A stretch of 45,869 nucleotides of DNA from an uncultured Verrucomicrobiales bacterium (GTDB taxonomy: Bacteria; Verrucomicrobiota; Verrucomicrobiia; Verrucomicrobiales; DEV007), in NCBI GenBank assembly GCA_938091905.1, contig CALKOM010000056.1:1-45869 (forward strand), given 5' to 3'. Positions 29,723 through 39,720 of the stretch are shown piece by piece. The notes under the pieces were generated by a model, which was not told the origin of the DNA, did no database searches, and saw nothing but the letters and a program-made list of their open reading frames with translations. Both the position numbers and the translations under genes were made by a program. Each line of letters begins with the position of its first letter. Positions within the stretch are counted from its first letter, which is position 1.

Positions 29723-30283
29723 ATGATTCATCCTGACGACTATTTGGGCAACGGTGTCGAGTCGATTCTCTATCACGAAACGACGATCTATTCGCGACTA
29801 GACGATCTGGCTCGTGAGATTACGGAAGACTATCGTGGTAAGGAGATCACGGCGCTGGCGGTGCTTCATGGTAGCATCATTTTCATGGCGGACTTGTTGA
29901 GGCGGATTCCATTGCCTTTACAAATGGAGTCGCTCAATGTCTCAAGTTACCACGGTGGAACGGAATCCAGTGGTACGGTGACGTTTCATCAGGAACTGCC
30001 GGATTTGGAGGGTAAGCATGTTCTTATCTTGGATGATATTTTAGATACAGGCCGCACACTGCATGCCATACGTGAGCGGTTGGATAAGGAAGCTAAGGTG
30101 GCGAGCACGCGTGTGTGCGTGCTCTTACAGAAACGCAAAGAGCTGGCCGAAGATGTCGCAGCCGATTATGTGGGATTCCGCATCGAGGACGAATTCGTGG
30201 TCGGCTATGGCCTTGACTATCAGGGGCGCTATCGCAATTTGCCTTACATTGGTGTGCTCAACGCTGCCGACTTGCCTTCATGA
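29723..30283 (+). CDS. hpt: Hypoxanthine phosphoribosyltransferase
   Basis: FMADLLR, SSYHGG, VLILDDILDTGRTL and FVVGYGLDY..RYRNLPYI motifs. Start reassigned to ATG 29723. Confidence 0.95.
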   Translation: MIHPDDYLGNGVESILYHETTIYSRLDDLAREITEDYRGKEITALAVLHGSIIFMADLLRRIPLPLQMESLNVSSYHGGTESSGTVTFHQELPDLEGKHVLILDDILDTGRTLHAIRERLDKEAKVASTRVCVLLQKRKELAEDVAADYVGFRIEDEFVVGYGLDYQGRYRNLPYIGVLNAADLPS

Positions 30284-30531
30284 AGCTCAATATCCTCTTC
30301 TTTTCCACGCTCCGTGGCGTGGCTGGTTGCGATGAAATGAGTCTGACGTTGACGGACTCCAGTGTAACTCGAGTCGCGGAAGTGTTAGACTTACTGTATG
30401 CAAAGACTCCTGGACTGAAGGAGTGGGACAGCCAAGTGCTGTTGGCGCTGGACCAAGCGTATGTCGATCGAGACGCTGAGGTGAACGACGGTCAGGAGTT
30501 GGCGATCATGCCTCCGGTGCAAGGAGGTTGA
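30280..30531 (+). CDS. moaD: MoaD/ThiS family sulfur carrier
   Basis: 83 aa, ILFFSTLR start, C-terminal ELAIMPPVQGG; ATGA overlap with hpt. Confidence 0.9.
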   Translation: MKLNILFFSTLRGVAGCDEMSLTLTDSSVTRVAEVLDLLYAKTPGLKEWDSQVLLALDQAYVDRDAEVNDGQELAIMPPVQGG

Positions 30532-30553
30532 GGATCGTCGAGTTCGCTTCAGT

Positions 30554-33500
30554 TCAGTTTTTACCTGGATTCTTCTTTTGTGTTCCCAGCTCATTCAAGA
30601 AGCGAATGAGATCGCGCAGCTCTTCCCGATTGAGTGAACCGACAAGGCCTGCGGGCATGGCAGATCCCAGCTCTACACGTTTCTCGATAAAGCGTTTTCT
30701 AATGCGGCGAACCTTCTGAGTAGTGGGATCGCGAACGTAGAGTGCGTTTTCATCCTGGTTCTTGTCTTCGTAACCCGAAACGATCTCGCCATCATCGAGA
30801 ACGATTTGAAGGAGGTTGTATCCTTCCTTAATTTGGCGCTGGGGCCACACCACTTCCTCAATCAGGCGTTCGAGAGGAACTGCATTTCCGATAGCGGTTA
30901 AATCTGGCCCTTGCTGGCCCCCAACACCTTGAACTTGGTGACAAGCGTCACAGCTCATCGTGGGGCGACGAAAGATATCTTGGCCCCGAGAGGCATCGCC
31001 GTGCGACGTGACTTCTTTGGCTAGGGCACCGATATAGGCACGGCTATATTCGACCGATTGATTGGTTAGGCCAGCAGCGTCGATGAACTTTGAGCGTAAG
31101 GCGTTGTCATTGCTTCCGATACTGACAAGCGCCTGAATGGCGCGGTTGGCTGTAGCGGGAGGAATGTTGATGTTGGTTAGGGTATCGTCTAGAGCTTTCG
31201 CGAGGGGCTCGTTGGCAGTGAATGCTTTGAGAAGTGGAATGAGATTGAAATCATGTTCCTCACCTAACAGTGTTGCCGCTAATTGGCTGCTTCGGATTGG
31301 GTCGTGCCGGGTCAGGGCGGTGATCGTTCGCCATCGTGTTTCCAGATCTGTGGTGTTCGTCGCGAGGTCTGAAAGAAATTGCCTGGCACGGTCGCTCTCT
31401 AGCAGTCCCAGGGATTCGATCGCGGCCTGAGTGTTTGAGCCTTGTTCCACGATTGCAATGATGGCGGATGTCAGGTTGTTCTTCTTCCATAGGCCGACGA
31501 GTTCAATCGCTGCCCTGCTGATCGTTGAGTCTTTGTGGGTCAGAAGGGGAGTGAGCGAAGCTCCAATGTCATCGGGATGATTACGATCAATTGAACCCTC
31601 TCGAGTCATCGACACAATAGCTGGTAGGGCCGTCGCTTGAAACTCCGGACGAAATGCCAGAGTGAGGTCAGCGGATTCGCCTCGTGCGATGAGGGATTGA
31701 AGGCGTACTGCTCGTTTAGTTAATGGGAGGGTGTCATCAAGAATACGTTCACGCTCAATCTTGTTCAGTATTTTGGAATCTGCAGCGCGTACAAGGGCGT
31801 CTAAATAGCGTGGGGAACTGAAGGTGAGATCGCCTTCTTTGAAACGGGGGAGCCACTGCGGTTTGAGAGATTCGACGGCTTGCTTGAATGCGTAGGTGAC
31901 CCAGCGATCCATCGGCTGATCACTCAGGGTGAGAAGGTGATGGATCGATGCCGGATGTTGAATGGTGCCGCAAGCCAAGGCTGATTCTAGGCGGACGCGA
32001 ATATCCTCGTCGACGAGACGAGGCGCCAAGAGGACAAAGGGATCGGTGAGCCGATCTGCCCAACGACCGAGCACGCGGGTGGCATAGGCCCGAATGCGAG
32101 GCTTGTTAGAGTTGAGACACACCTCTAACAAGCGCTGATTGGGTTGATCGATTGTCTCCAGCATTTGAAGACCTTCGAGGTTTGAGCGATCGTCGTTTTG
32201 TGAGGCCGCCCATTGGGTGATCGATTCTGAGTCGAGATGGGTGAGGACACGCTTGGCTTGATAGCGCGTCCAGCGATCCAGGGACTTCAGCTCGTCAAGG
32301 CCGGTGAAGGCGGGGACGGTGAATCTCTGTCCAGTCGGAGCCATTCTCCAGATGCGACCATGAGTCTTGTCGCGAACCGGAATTCGGTAGAAATCGTCTT
32401 GGTGACAAATGATCGGATTGTAAAAATCGGCGACATACACTCCGCCGTCTGGTCCCACGCGAACATCGACCGGTCGAAAGTTACGATGGTTGGACTTAAG
32501 TAATGGGGGCTTGAATTTGACTTTGAAGCCTGCTCCGTCAGGTATTGTGCTAAAGCGTGTGATCTGATTCTTTTTGTAATCACCGACGACAAAGTCATTT
32601 CGCATCTCGTCTGGAAAGCGGTTGCTAGCAAGCACATCAATGCCGCAATAGCCACCCGGGTCGCCAATACGCGGAAGCTTCAACTTGCGTTTCACAGGAA
32701 GAAAAGCTGGCGTGAGATGTGAAATGCCGCCTGCACCGTCGATGATGATCGCTTGGCCCCAATCGTCGAAGGCGATGCCCCATGGGTTGCCTGGCCCCAT
32801 GAAGTTGTTCAGCATGCCGTCGAGCTGCATCGTGTTTGGTCGGTAACGAAAGGCTCCTGGACCATAGAGTCCTGAAACTCCATGGGGTGTTTCCACTCGA
32901 GATTCGATGCCGTCACCCTGGCAGAAGAACAGTTCGCCGCCCGGGCTCCAGACGAAACCGTTGCTTGTCTGATGCGAATCACCATTTCCGAATCCTGACA
33001 GAACAACGGTGCGCTCATCTGCTCTGAGATCACCGTCGGTGTCTTTGAGAAATAGCAACTGCGTGTTCTGACCGACGTAGACCCCGCCATTGCCGAGTTC
33101 CATGCCAGTGGGGATGTTGAGGCCTGTGGCAAAGATAGTGGAAGTATCGGCCCTGCCGTCTCCGTTGGTGTCTTCAAGCACGATGATCGTATCATCCGGT
33201 TTGGCTCCGGGATCAATCTGTGGATAGACATAGGTGCAGGCCACATAGAGCCGCCCTTCCGGGTCCCAACGGATCGACAGGGGATTGGCGATGCCCATCG
33301 ATTCATCTGCGAACAGGTTCATGGAGTAGCCGTCCGTAGTTGTGAACGCTGCGAGTTCAGTATCGATATCAGCGTCGGAAGAACCTGTCCGTGGTGTGGG
33401 GGCTAGAGGAGCCCACTCGTTGGCCTGATCGTCTCCCTTGGCAATTGCCACAACTTGGTTCTCAGCCTTGGCAATAAGCTTGGGGAAGATGGCCCATTCT

Positions 33501-34324
33501 TCCTGGAAAGATGGCAACCCATGGGAGGCTTTTGAGAATCCCCGTTTGCCATCATCTCCGAAGAGGCATTTCCAATTGGCGGGACGCCAGTAGTCGGTCC
33601 ACAGACGATGTTTCTCAATGATCGCTTGCCGGAGTGGCTCCAGCGCCTTCCAATCTGTCGAGGCTTCTATCCCTAACTGAGTGGCGATTTGCTCAGCTAT
33701 GCTGTGTCGCTGATTCGGGGCTGTGATCCAGCCGTTGCGAGTCCGGTTGTCGATCGGCTCCTTCGTCAGGTCGACGAATATCAGGCCCCGGTCTCTTGCC
33801 ACGCGTTCCATGATTCGTGCATAGGTGGTGACCTGTGGATTGTATTTCGCGAGCTCACCTTCGAATGGTGCTGGTGACAGGAGGACGAGACGCTTCGTGA
33901 TCCCAGTAAACTCTTCTAACAGAAGATTGAGTTCATTGGTAAAGGCGTCGACGCGCTGACCTTGCAGAATCTCGATCGCGCCGTACTGCATGATGATCGC
34001 TGTCGCTCCGACTTTCTTGAGCTGGGTGGCCCAATTTCCAAAGGGCTTGATATCATCAAAGTGCCCTTTGGTTCGCCACTGCCCGTGAACCGTCCCTTGA
34101 AAGGAAACGGTGTCGGCCTCCCAAGCAAGGTCCCGAAACTTTGGTGTTGCCGGAGTGGAACGTGCCGTAAGCAGCGTTTCCAGATGCCCGGACTGCTGCA
34201 TCTCGACAACTTCGGTGCCGCCCGTGAAGACGATGACATCGTCTGACGTTAGTGGAAGCAGTGGAGCGCTTTGCCCGCTCGCTAAGCTAGCGATGAGGGT
34301 GAGAAGACAGGTGAGACGAGTCAT
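30554..34324 (-). CDS. PVC-type heme-binding CxxCH protein with N-terminal SGNH-like domain
   Basis: FRDLAWEADT, NLFADE...ANP..IRWD.EGRLYVA, GFGNGDSHQ, FRPVDV..GPDG..YVADFYNPIICH, HEAT repeats, CDACH and SAMPAGL. Confidence 0.92.
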   Translation of the reverse strand: MTRLTCLLTLIASLASGQSAPLLPLTSDDVIVFTGGTEVVEMQQSGHLETLLTARSTPATPKFRDLAWEADTVSFQGTVHGQWRTKGHFDDIKPFGNWATQLKKVGATAIIMQYGAIEILQGQRVDAFTNELNLLLEEFTGITKRLVLLSPAPFEGELAKYNPQVTTYARIMERVARDRGLIFVDLTKEPIDNRTRNGWITAPNQRHSIAEQIATQLGIEASTDWKALEPLRQAIIEKHRLWTDYWRPANWKCLFGDDGKRGFSKASHGLPSFQEEWAIFPKLIAKAENQVVAIAKGDDQANEWAPLAPTPRTGSSDADIDTELAAFTTTDGYSMNLFADESMGIANPLSIRWDPEGRLYVACTYVYPQIDPGAKPDDTIIVLEDTNGDGRADTSTIFATGLNIPTGMELGNGGVYVGQNTQLLFLKDTDGDLRADERTVVLSGFGNGDSHQTSNGFVWSPGGELFFCQGDGIESRVETPHGVSGLYGPGAFRYRPNTMQLDGMLNNFMGPGNPWGIAFDDWGQAIIIDGAGGISHLTPAFLPVKRKLKLPRIGDPGGYCGIDVLASNRFPDEMRNDFVVGDYKKNQITRFSTIPDGAGFKVKFKPPLLKSNHRNFRPVDVRVGPDGGVYVADFYNPIICHQDDFYRIPVRDKTHGRIWRMAPTGQRFTVPAFTGLDELKSLDRWTRYQAKRVLTHLDSESITQWAASQNDDRSNLEGLQMLETIDQPNQRLLEVCLNSNKPRIRAYATRVLGRWADRLTDPFVLLAPRLVDEDIRVRLESALACGTIQHPASIHHLLTLSDQPMDRWVTYAFKQAVESLKPQWLPRFKEGDLTFSSPRYLDALVRAADSKILNKIERERILDDTLPLTKRAVRLQSLIARGESADLTLAFRPEFQATALPAIVSMTREGSIDRNHPDDIGASLTPLLTHKDSTISRAAIELVGLWKKNNLTSAIIAIVEQGSNTQAAIESLGLLESDRARQFLSDLATNTTDLETRWRTITALTRHDPIRSSQLAATLLGEEHDFNLIPLLKAFTANEPLAKALDDTLTNINIPPATANRAIQALVSIGSNDNALRSKFIDAAGLTNQSVEYSRAYIGALAKEVTSHGDASRGQDIFRRPTMSCDACHQVQGVGGQQGPDLTAIGNAVPLERLIEEVVWPQRQIKEGYNLLQIVLDDGEIVSGYEDKNQDENALYVRDPTTQKVRRIRKRFIEKRVELGSAMPAGLVGSLNREELRDLIRFLNELGTQKKNPGKN

Positions 34325-34404
34325 ACCAGCAGGATTCTACAGAGTGGGGAGAGTCCGTCTCAAGGACGAATCTGATCGTCGTCAAGTTTTCTCGTGACGC
34401 CTCT

Positions 34405-34845
34405 TCATCCAGAGCCGAGAGGCTTCGGTTGCTCGACGACTTCGGCGTCTTCCGTGTTCTTGTGTATGTGATTGTTGATGACACGGTCAGTGATAGACGT
34501 GAGGTAGCTTGTGAGCACACTGTTCAGCTCAGAATATTCTGGCCAGAGGATCTCATTGACGAAGCTGGCGGGCGCGCGGGCCATGACCGTTGTGTAGCGT
34601 TGTCTCTTGTAGCGATAGGGGGTGATACCATACCGGCGCAAGAGCGCTGTGAAGAGCTTGCGAGACCACTCGTCGTTCATGGAGAACTTCCATTCTTCGG
34701 CTTGTTCTGTTTTGGAGAATTCCTTGAGGCGCTCTGTCAGGCGGGTTTGGGCGAGGGAGGCAGCGAGCCGTTCACCGTCGCTGGTGGCACCTGCGAAGAG
34801 GCGTTCTACTTTCTCTAACTTCGCGATGAGTTCTTCTTCGGTCAT
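34405..34845 (-). CDS. Conserved hypothetical protein (DUF2786-like N-terminus)
   Basis: KLEKVERLFAGATSDGER.AA and WSRKLFTALLRRYG..PYRY.RQRYTTVM. Start set at ATG 34845. Confidence 0.75.
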   Translation of the reverse strand: MTEEELIAKLEKVERLFAGATSDGERLAASLAQTRLTERLKEFSKTEQAEEWKFSMNDEWSRKLFTALLRRYGITPYRYKRQRYTTVMARAPASFVNEILWPEYSELNSVLTSYLTSITDRVINNHIHKNTEDAEVVEQPKPLGSG

Positions 34846-34990
34846 GGAAGGGGATGGTTGGATGGAGTCCAAGTTTCGGCAAGAATGGACTCCAACAATT
34901 CTGGCGGCCTCTGTGGTCAGGCTTGTCGGGGATGACGGGTGGGTGGACGAATCTGGTTGCACCTCGTTTCCAGAAACTCTAGTTCATGGC

Positions 34991-36295
34991 ATGCCCTATA
35001 AACATCTCGTTCCCGCCTTGGCCGTTGGCCTTCTCTCAATCAGTTTCGCACAGGAAGCTCCTACCATTGGCCTCCACAAAATTGCGCAAGGGTTTGTGGC
35101 GCCTGTGGGCTTAGTGCCTATCCCGGGCACATCGGACCTCGTAGTGATCGACCAAGCTGGGGTTGCCTACGTCATTAGCAAGGATGGGAAGCGTGCAGAG
35201 AAACCCTTGCTAGACGTTCGGCCGAAGCTGACGAAGCTCAAAGGCGGTTTTGATGAACGCGGTCTCTTGGGGCTAGCTTTTCATCCGAAGTTTGCGGAAA
35301 CGGCGAGAGTGTTTGCTTATTACAGCGCACCGTTGCAAGACGGTGCTCCTAGCAAATGGGATCATACTTCGCATGTAGCTAGTTACACGGTGAAGGACAA
35401 TGTGGCTGATCTTGGGTCGGAGAAGGTTTTATTGAAGGTCGATCAGCCACAGTTTAATCACAACTCTGGTCGGCTGCTCTTCGGCGAGGATGGGAATCTC
35501 TTCATCACGATTGGCGATGGTGGCAATAGTTCAGACGTGGGGCAAGGCCATGTGGAGGGTGGTAATGCTCAAGGTATTGAGCAACTGTTAGGCAAAGTCC
35601 TTCGGATCAATGTGGATGAAGGCGAGACCTACGCCGTGCCAAAGGATAACCCATTAGTGGGCAAGCCTGGCCGCGATGAGATCTTCGCCTGGGGACTTCG
35701 CAATCCTTGGGGAATCAGTTTGAACCCTGAGAACAAGGCGGAGCTCATTCTCGCAGACGTGGGTCAGGATCGTTTTGCCGAAGTGAATGTCATCAAGAAA
35801 GGTGGAAACTATGGTTGGCATGTTCGTGAGGGCTTCGAAGGTTTCAATGCTGAAGACAAACGCGCGCTGGATGTCGAGAAGCCAAAGAAAGACAAGCATG
35901 GCAACGACCTCATTGACCCTGTTCTCACTTACAAGAATCTCAATCATCCGAAGTTCAAAGAAGACAGCGATGCCAGGGGCATTTCGATTACGGGTGGCGA
36001 CGTTTACACCGGAAAGGCCGTTTCCGCGCTCATCGGGAAGTATGTCTTCGGTGATTGGTCGCAGACTTGGGCTCCTGGCAAAGGGCGCCTATTCGTTGCG
36101 GATCGCACCGGCTCGAAATGGTCGATGACCGATCTCAAGGTGGCAGGTAGCCCCGACGGAATGTTGCCCAATGCCTATGTCACTGCCTTTGGCAAGGATG
36201 CTGAAGGAGAAATGTATGTCCTGACCACAGGGCAGCCGGGTTTTGGTGCTGAACTCGGTGCGGTGCACAAGATCGTGCCTGCGACCAAAGGTTAG
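34991..36295 (+). CDS. PQQ-dependent glucose/sorbosone dehydrogenase family protein
   Basis: DERGLLGLAFHP, QPQFNHNSG, GDGG, GKVLRINVD, AWGLRNPW, DVGQ and GGNYGW motifs. Signal peptide after ATG 34991. Confidence 0.92.
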   Translation: MPYKHLVPALAVGLLSISFAQEAPTIGLHKIAQGFVAPVGLVPIPGTSDLVVIDQAGVAYVISKDGKRAEKPLLDVRPKLTKLKGGFDERGLLGLAFHPKFAETARVFAYYSAPLQDGAPSKWDHTSHVASYTVKDNVADLGSEKVLLKVDQPQFNHNSGRLLFGEDGNLFITIGDGGNSSDVGQGHVEGGNAQGIEQLLGKVLRINVDEGETYAVPKDNPLVGKPGRDEIFAWGLRNPWGISLNPENKAELILADVGQDRFAEVNVIKKGGNYGWHVREGFEGFNAEDKRALDVEKPKKDKHGNDLIDPVLTYKNLNHPKFKEDSDARGISITGGDVYTGKAVSALIGKYVFGDWSQTWAPGKGRLFVADRTGSKWSMTDLKVAGSPDGMLPNAYVTAFGKDAEGEMYVLTTGQPGFGAELGAVHKIVPATKG

Positions 36296-37524
36296 TGGAA
36301 GAAAAGATAGGCGACGAAGATCGCAGCGATGATACCGACGGCATCTGCCAAGAGGCCACAGGTGACGGTGTAGCGCGTACGCTTCACGCCCACAGCTCCG
36401 AAGTAGACGGCGAGCGTGTAGAAGGTGGTTTCAGTGGAGCCTTGAAAGACGCAAGCTAGGCGTCCGACGAAGGAGTCGACGCCGTAGTTCTGCATGGCTT
36501 CCACGGCCATGCCACGGGCCCCACTTCCGCTGAGTGGTTTCATCATGGCGGTGGGAAGGGCGTCGACGAAATCGGTGTTGACGCCTAATGAGCCCACGAT
36601 CCAAGCGACGGCCCCGACCATTTCATTCATCGCACCCGATGCTCGAAAGACCCCGATTGCCACGAGCATGCCGACGAGGAAAGGGATGATCTTGATAGCG
36701 ACACCAAAGCCTTCTTTGGCGCCTTCGATGAAGTTGTCATACACATCAATCTTGGAGCGGACACCCGCGACAATAAAGGTGATGATCAACGTTAGAATCA
36801 CGATGGCTGCCACCTGGGTGGATTGGGCTTGGATCTCAGTGGGCTCCAGCGAACCGAAATAGGCGGTCATTCCGCCAATGAACGCGGTGGCTCCACCGAG
36901 GTAGGCCAAGATCACCGGTTGAAATAGCTTGATCCGTTGCACGACGGAAACGGCGATCAATCCGGCGAGCGAAGCAACGAACGTGGCGATCAGAATCGGA
37001 ACGAAGATGTCTGTCGGGTTCACAGCGCCATTGGCCGCTCTTAGTGTAATGACACTGATTGGGATGATGGTGAGCCCAGACGTGTTCAGGACGAGGAACA
37101 TGATCTGCGCGTTGGATGCGGTATCCTTGTTTGCATTTAGTTCTTGCAGATGTCCCATGGCCTTCAAGCCTAACGGTGTAGCTGAGTTGTCCAATCCAAG
37201 CATATTGGCGGCGAAATTCATCATCATGGACCCATGAGCAGGATGGCCCTTGGGCACGTCTGGAAAAATGCGTGTGAAGAAGGGGGCCACGAGCTTGGCC
37301 ATGAAGTTGACCATGCCGCCTGCTTCACCAATCTTCATGATTCCTAACCAAAGTGTCATGAGGCCAATGTAGCCCAGGGAGATTGTCGCGCCTGTCTCGG
37401 CCATGCTGAACAGGCTATCGACCATGGCAGGAAGTACTGCCGTGTCGCCCCAGAAGAGCAGCTTCATCAGGCCTGTTGCAAAGGCGATGAGAAAGAAGCC
37501 GACCCAGATGTAGTTCAGAATCAT
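36292..37524 (-). CDS. SpmA/SpmB fusion (nucleoside recognition gate) membrane protein
   Basis: NFAANMLGLDNSATPLGLKAM, FIEGAKEGF, KPLSGSGARG and STETTFYTLAVYFG motifs. Confidence 0.93.
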   Translation of the reverse strand: MILNYIWVGFFLIAFATGLMKLLFWGDTAVLPAMVDSLFSMAETGATISLGYIGLMTLWLGIMKIGEAGGMVNFMAKLVAPFFTRIFPDVPKGHPAHGSMMMNFAANMLGLDNSATPLGLKAMGHLQELNANKDTASNAQIMFLVLNTSGLTIIPISVITLRAANGAVNPTDIFVPILIATFVASLAGLIAVSVVQRIKLFQPVILAYLGGATAFIGGMTAYFGSLEPTEIQAQSTQVAAIVILTLIITFIVAGVRSKIDVYDNFIEGAKEGFGVAIKIIPFLVGMLVAIGVFRASGAMNEMVGAVAWIVGSLGVNTDFVDALPTAMMKPLSGSGARGMAVEAMQNYGVDSFVGRLACVFQGSTETTFYTLAVYFGAVGVKRTRYTVTCGLLADAVGIIAAIFVAYLFFH

Positions 37525-37590
37525 GGTTCTTGCATGCCAAGCATCCCTTCCGAGCGCTAGGAAATTCGAGTGAGATTCCCGGCTAAGACT

Positions 37591-38574
37591 CTAGTACCAA
37601 AGTCCACTTAGGTGCCAGGAAGGGCGTCGATTGGCGAAGGTGACTGGCGGAGCCCAGGATGGGCGACTTTGCCTCGGATAGGGTTGCCAGGTCTCCGGGA
37701 CTTGCGGCAGCGGTGTTGCTTCGGGTTGTAATTCTAGCAAACGTGCGACTCGCTCTTCGGTCGGTGGATGAGTGCGAAGGAGCGAAGGCTCCGGAATCCG
37801 GCGACCGGGTAGAAGCACTTGCTCCCAGCGGCCTGCGCTGAGTCGTTCTAGCTTTCGCAAGGCGGAAGCTAGACCCTGAGGATCGCCCGTTAGCCGTGCT
37901 GCTTCGAGATCTGCAGCGTATTCGCGTGTCCGTGAGAGCCCTAACTGAAGTAGATTACCAGCAGGAGGAGCGGCCAAAAGCAAGAGCAGAGGAATCCACG
38001 CGATCTGATACCCTCCGAAGAGAACCAGCGGCACGCTAATGATGAAGAGTAAGATGACCATCTGAGAAGCGCCCGCCGTGAGCCGGTTCATGGTATCTGC
38101 TAGGGCCATGACGACCGTGTCCCGATGCTTTATGTGACTGATCTCGTGTGCCAGTATACCTGCAACCTCGCGTGCACTGAATACTTTTAAAATACCATCG
38201 GTGATACCAATTGCTGCCTTGTCGTCTACGCCTGTGGCAAACGCGTTCTGCATGGGGCTAGGAATGTAGTAAAGCTTGGGAACGTTTACAAGACCTGCGC
38301 GCTTTGTTAGGGAAAGTAGAATCTGGTAGAGACCAGGGCTACTTTCTGGCGTGAGCAAGCGAGCTTTGTAGTAGCGGAAGATCAGTTGGGGCGCGATACG
38401 TGGCGTAACGAGCACCGTTAGAATGACCAGACAAAGGGCTAGGATGAGACCAAAGATACCTCCGATCATCCAGCCGCAGAAGGCTAGAATGAGCCCGAGA
38501 CCTAACGTGATCGCGATTGTTTGCCACTTGTTGTCACGCCGTCGTTCATCATGAATGTCTCGCCGAATCGCCAT
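37591..38574 (-). CDS. htpX: M48 zinc metalloprotease HtpX
   Basis: NAFATG, GILAHEISH, LSRTREYAAD, LASALRKL and THPPTEER motifs. Confidence 0.93.
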   Translation of the reverse strand: MAIRRDIHDERRRDNKWQTIAITLGLGLILAFCGWMIGGIFGLILALCLVILTVLVTPRIAPQLIFRYYKARLLTPESSPGLYQILLSLTKRAGLVNVPKLYYIPSPMQNAFATGVDDKAAIGITDGILKVFSAREVAGILAHEISHIKHRDTVVMALADTMNRLTAGASQMVILLFIISVPLVLFGGYQIAWIPLLLLLAAPPAGNLLQLGLSRTREYAADLEAARLTGDPQGLASALRKLERLSAGRWEQVLLPGRRIPEPSLLRTHPPTEERVARLLELQPEATPLPQVPETWQPYPRQSRPSWAPPVTFANRRPSWHLSGLWY

Positions 38575-38595
38575 GGAAAGTGGGTCTTGTTCATC

Positions 38596-39132
38596 CTACA
38601 GATCATTGATCGAGGTGTCTGCCCGATTCCACCAATGATCACCTTGCGGAAGTATCTTGTCCAAAGCAGACGCCATGATCTCAACGGCGTTGGCCGGTGT
38701 TTCTTGAATGATCAGCCGATAGCAGCGAAAGTTGGGCTCATCTTGGGCGAGGAAGGCACCCAGCTTTGCTTTAAAGCACGCTGCCCGAATCTCGGTCGTG
38801 GGATCGCCCGGTGTGATCAGTAATTTGGTGGTGAGCTCAGGCTCATGCTCTTGAAAGAACCCGAGCAGCCGATCGGCATCGCTGATGTGAAAACTATGGT
38901 CAACGTTGCGATCGATCCATTGGAACCACCGCCGCTTCACGCGATCAAACTCCGCGAGCATGTTCGTCTCCGGATCGAGCCCTGCCTGAGAAACTTGGAC
39001 GATATCAACGGTCACAATCTCGTCGTGACCGTGTGGTACACGGCAATTCGGGGCTTCGCCGCTTATGAGGCGATGGCCCATGCTGTAGCGCCGACTGAAG
39101 CGGAGCCGGAAATCGTAATCGTCGTCGCTCAT
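38596..39132 (-). CDS. 6-carboxytetrahydropterin / 6-pyruvoyltetrahydropterin synthase (QueD-like)
   Basis: GHRL......C..PHGH, DH, PTTE and ETP motifs. Confidence 0.85.
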   Translation of the reverse strand: MSDDDYDFRLRFSRRYSMGHRLISGEAPNCRVPHGHDEIVTVDIVQVSQAGLDPETNMLAEFDRVKRRWFQWIDRNVDHSFHISDADRLLGFFQEHEPELTTKLLITPGDPTTEIRAACFKAKLGAFLAQDEPNFRCYRLIIQETPANAVEIMASALDKILPQGDHWWNRADTSINDL

Positions 39133-39163
39133 CTTGGCGAAGAACGTGCGGTGACGCTGCTGA

Positions 39164-39673
39164 TCAATGAGGCATCAATGCCAGCACCTCGGCCTGAATA
39201 CCAGGCACCTCAGCCAGCTCGAGCCCCGGATCAGGCACGATGAAGATCTCTTCCGTCTTTCGCCGCTTGTAGATGACCAGCCGCTGACCGTCCTTTTCCT
39301 GAGCGTCGATCTGCTTGAAGATCTTCTTCCGCTCAAGCATGAGAGCGAGGAGAAAGCACGTCTTCTCGGTCGAAGGATCATTTTCTGAAATCATCCGCTT
39401 GAGAGCGGCTTCGGCATCTTCCTTGTCCACGGCATCCTGCTTCTTCGGATCGGCGCACGGAGGCTCATAGAGGCTTCGCCAGTAGGAGAAGGGTTTCAGG
39501 CCGTCGCTGAGCTCTTCCCAGGCTTCTTCGCAGTAGTCTTCACGGCGAAAGTCTCCCTCTTCTAGGTCCCAGAAGATGGCGGTGTAGAATGGCTGGCCCT
39601 CGGTAAAGGACTCTTCAGTGTGGGAACAGGCGTGCTTTCGCGACGCCAGCTTCCACTGTCGTTCAAGTGACAT
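39164..39673 (-). CDS. Conserved hypothetical protein
   Basis: C..T...F..G, R.DYC...W and LALMLERKKIFK pattern; directly downstream of lptF/G. The start could also be at 39724. Confidence 0.75.
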   Translation of the reverse strand: MSLERQWKLASRKHACSHTEESFTEGQPFYTAIFWDLEEGDFRREDYCEEAWEELSDGLKPFSYWRSLYEPPCADPKKQDAVDKEDAEAALKRMISENDPSTEKTCFLLALMLERKKIFKQIDAQEKDGQRLVIYKRRKTEEIFIVPDPGLELAEVPGIQAEVLALMPH

Positions 39674-39720
39674 GTAGTCGTCTGAGGTAAGGAGTTGTTG
39701 TCTTGTGGAGAAGAAGTGAC

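Noticed and set aside
34622..34990. Long N-terminal extension of the PQQ dehydrogenase ORF (and similarly hpt 29546-29722)
   Set aside because: Overlaps neighbouring real genes. The signal peptide or homology begins at the downstream ATG.
36292..37524. Spore maturation gene as evidence of sporulation
   Set aside because: SpmA/SpmB fusions are widespread in non-sporulating bacteria.
38596..39132. QueD-like gene as part of a 7-deazaguanine DNA-modification (dpd) system
   Set aside because: No dpdA/tgt, queC, queE or folE nearby. The housekeeping context fits ordinary queuosine/pterin metabolism.
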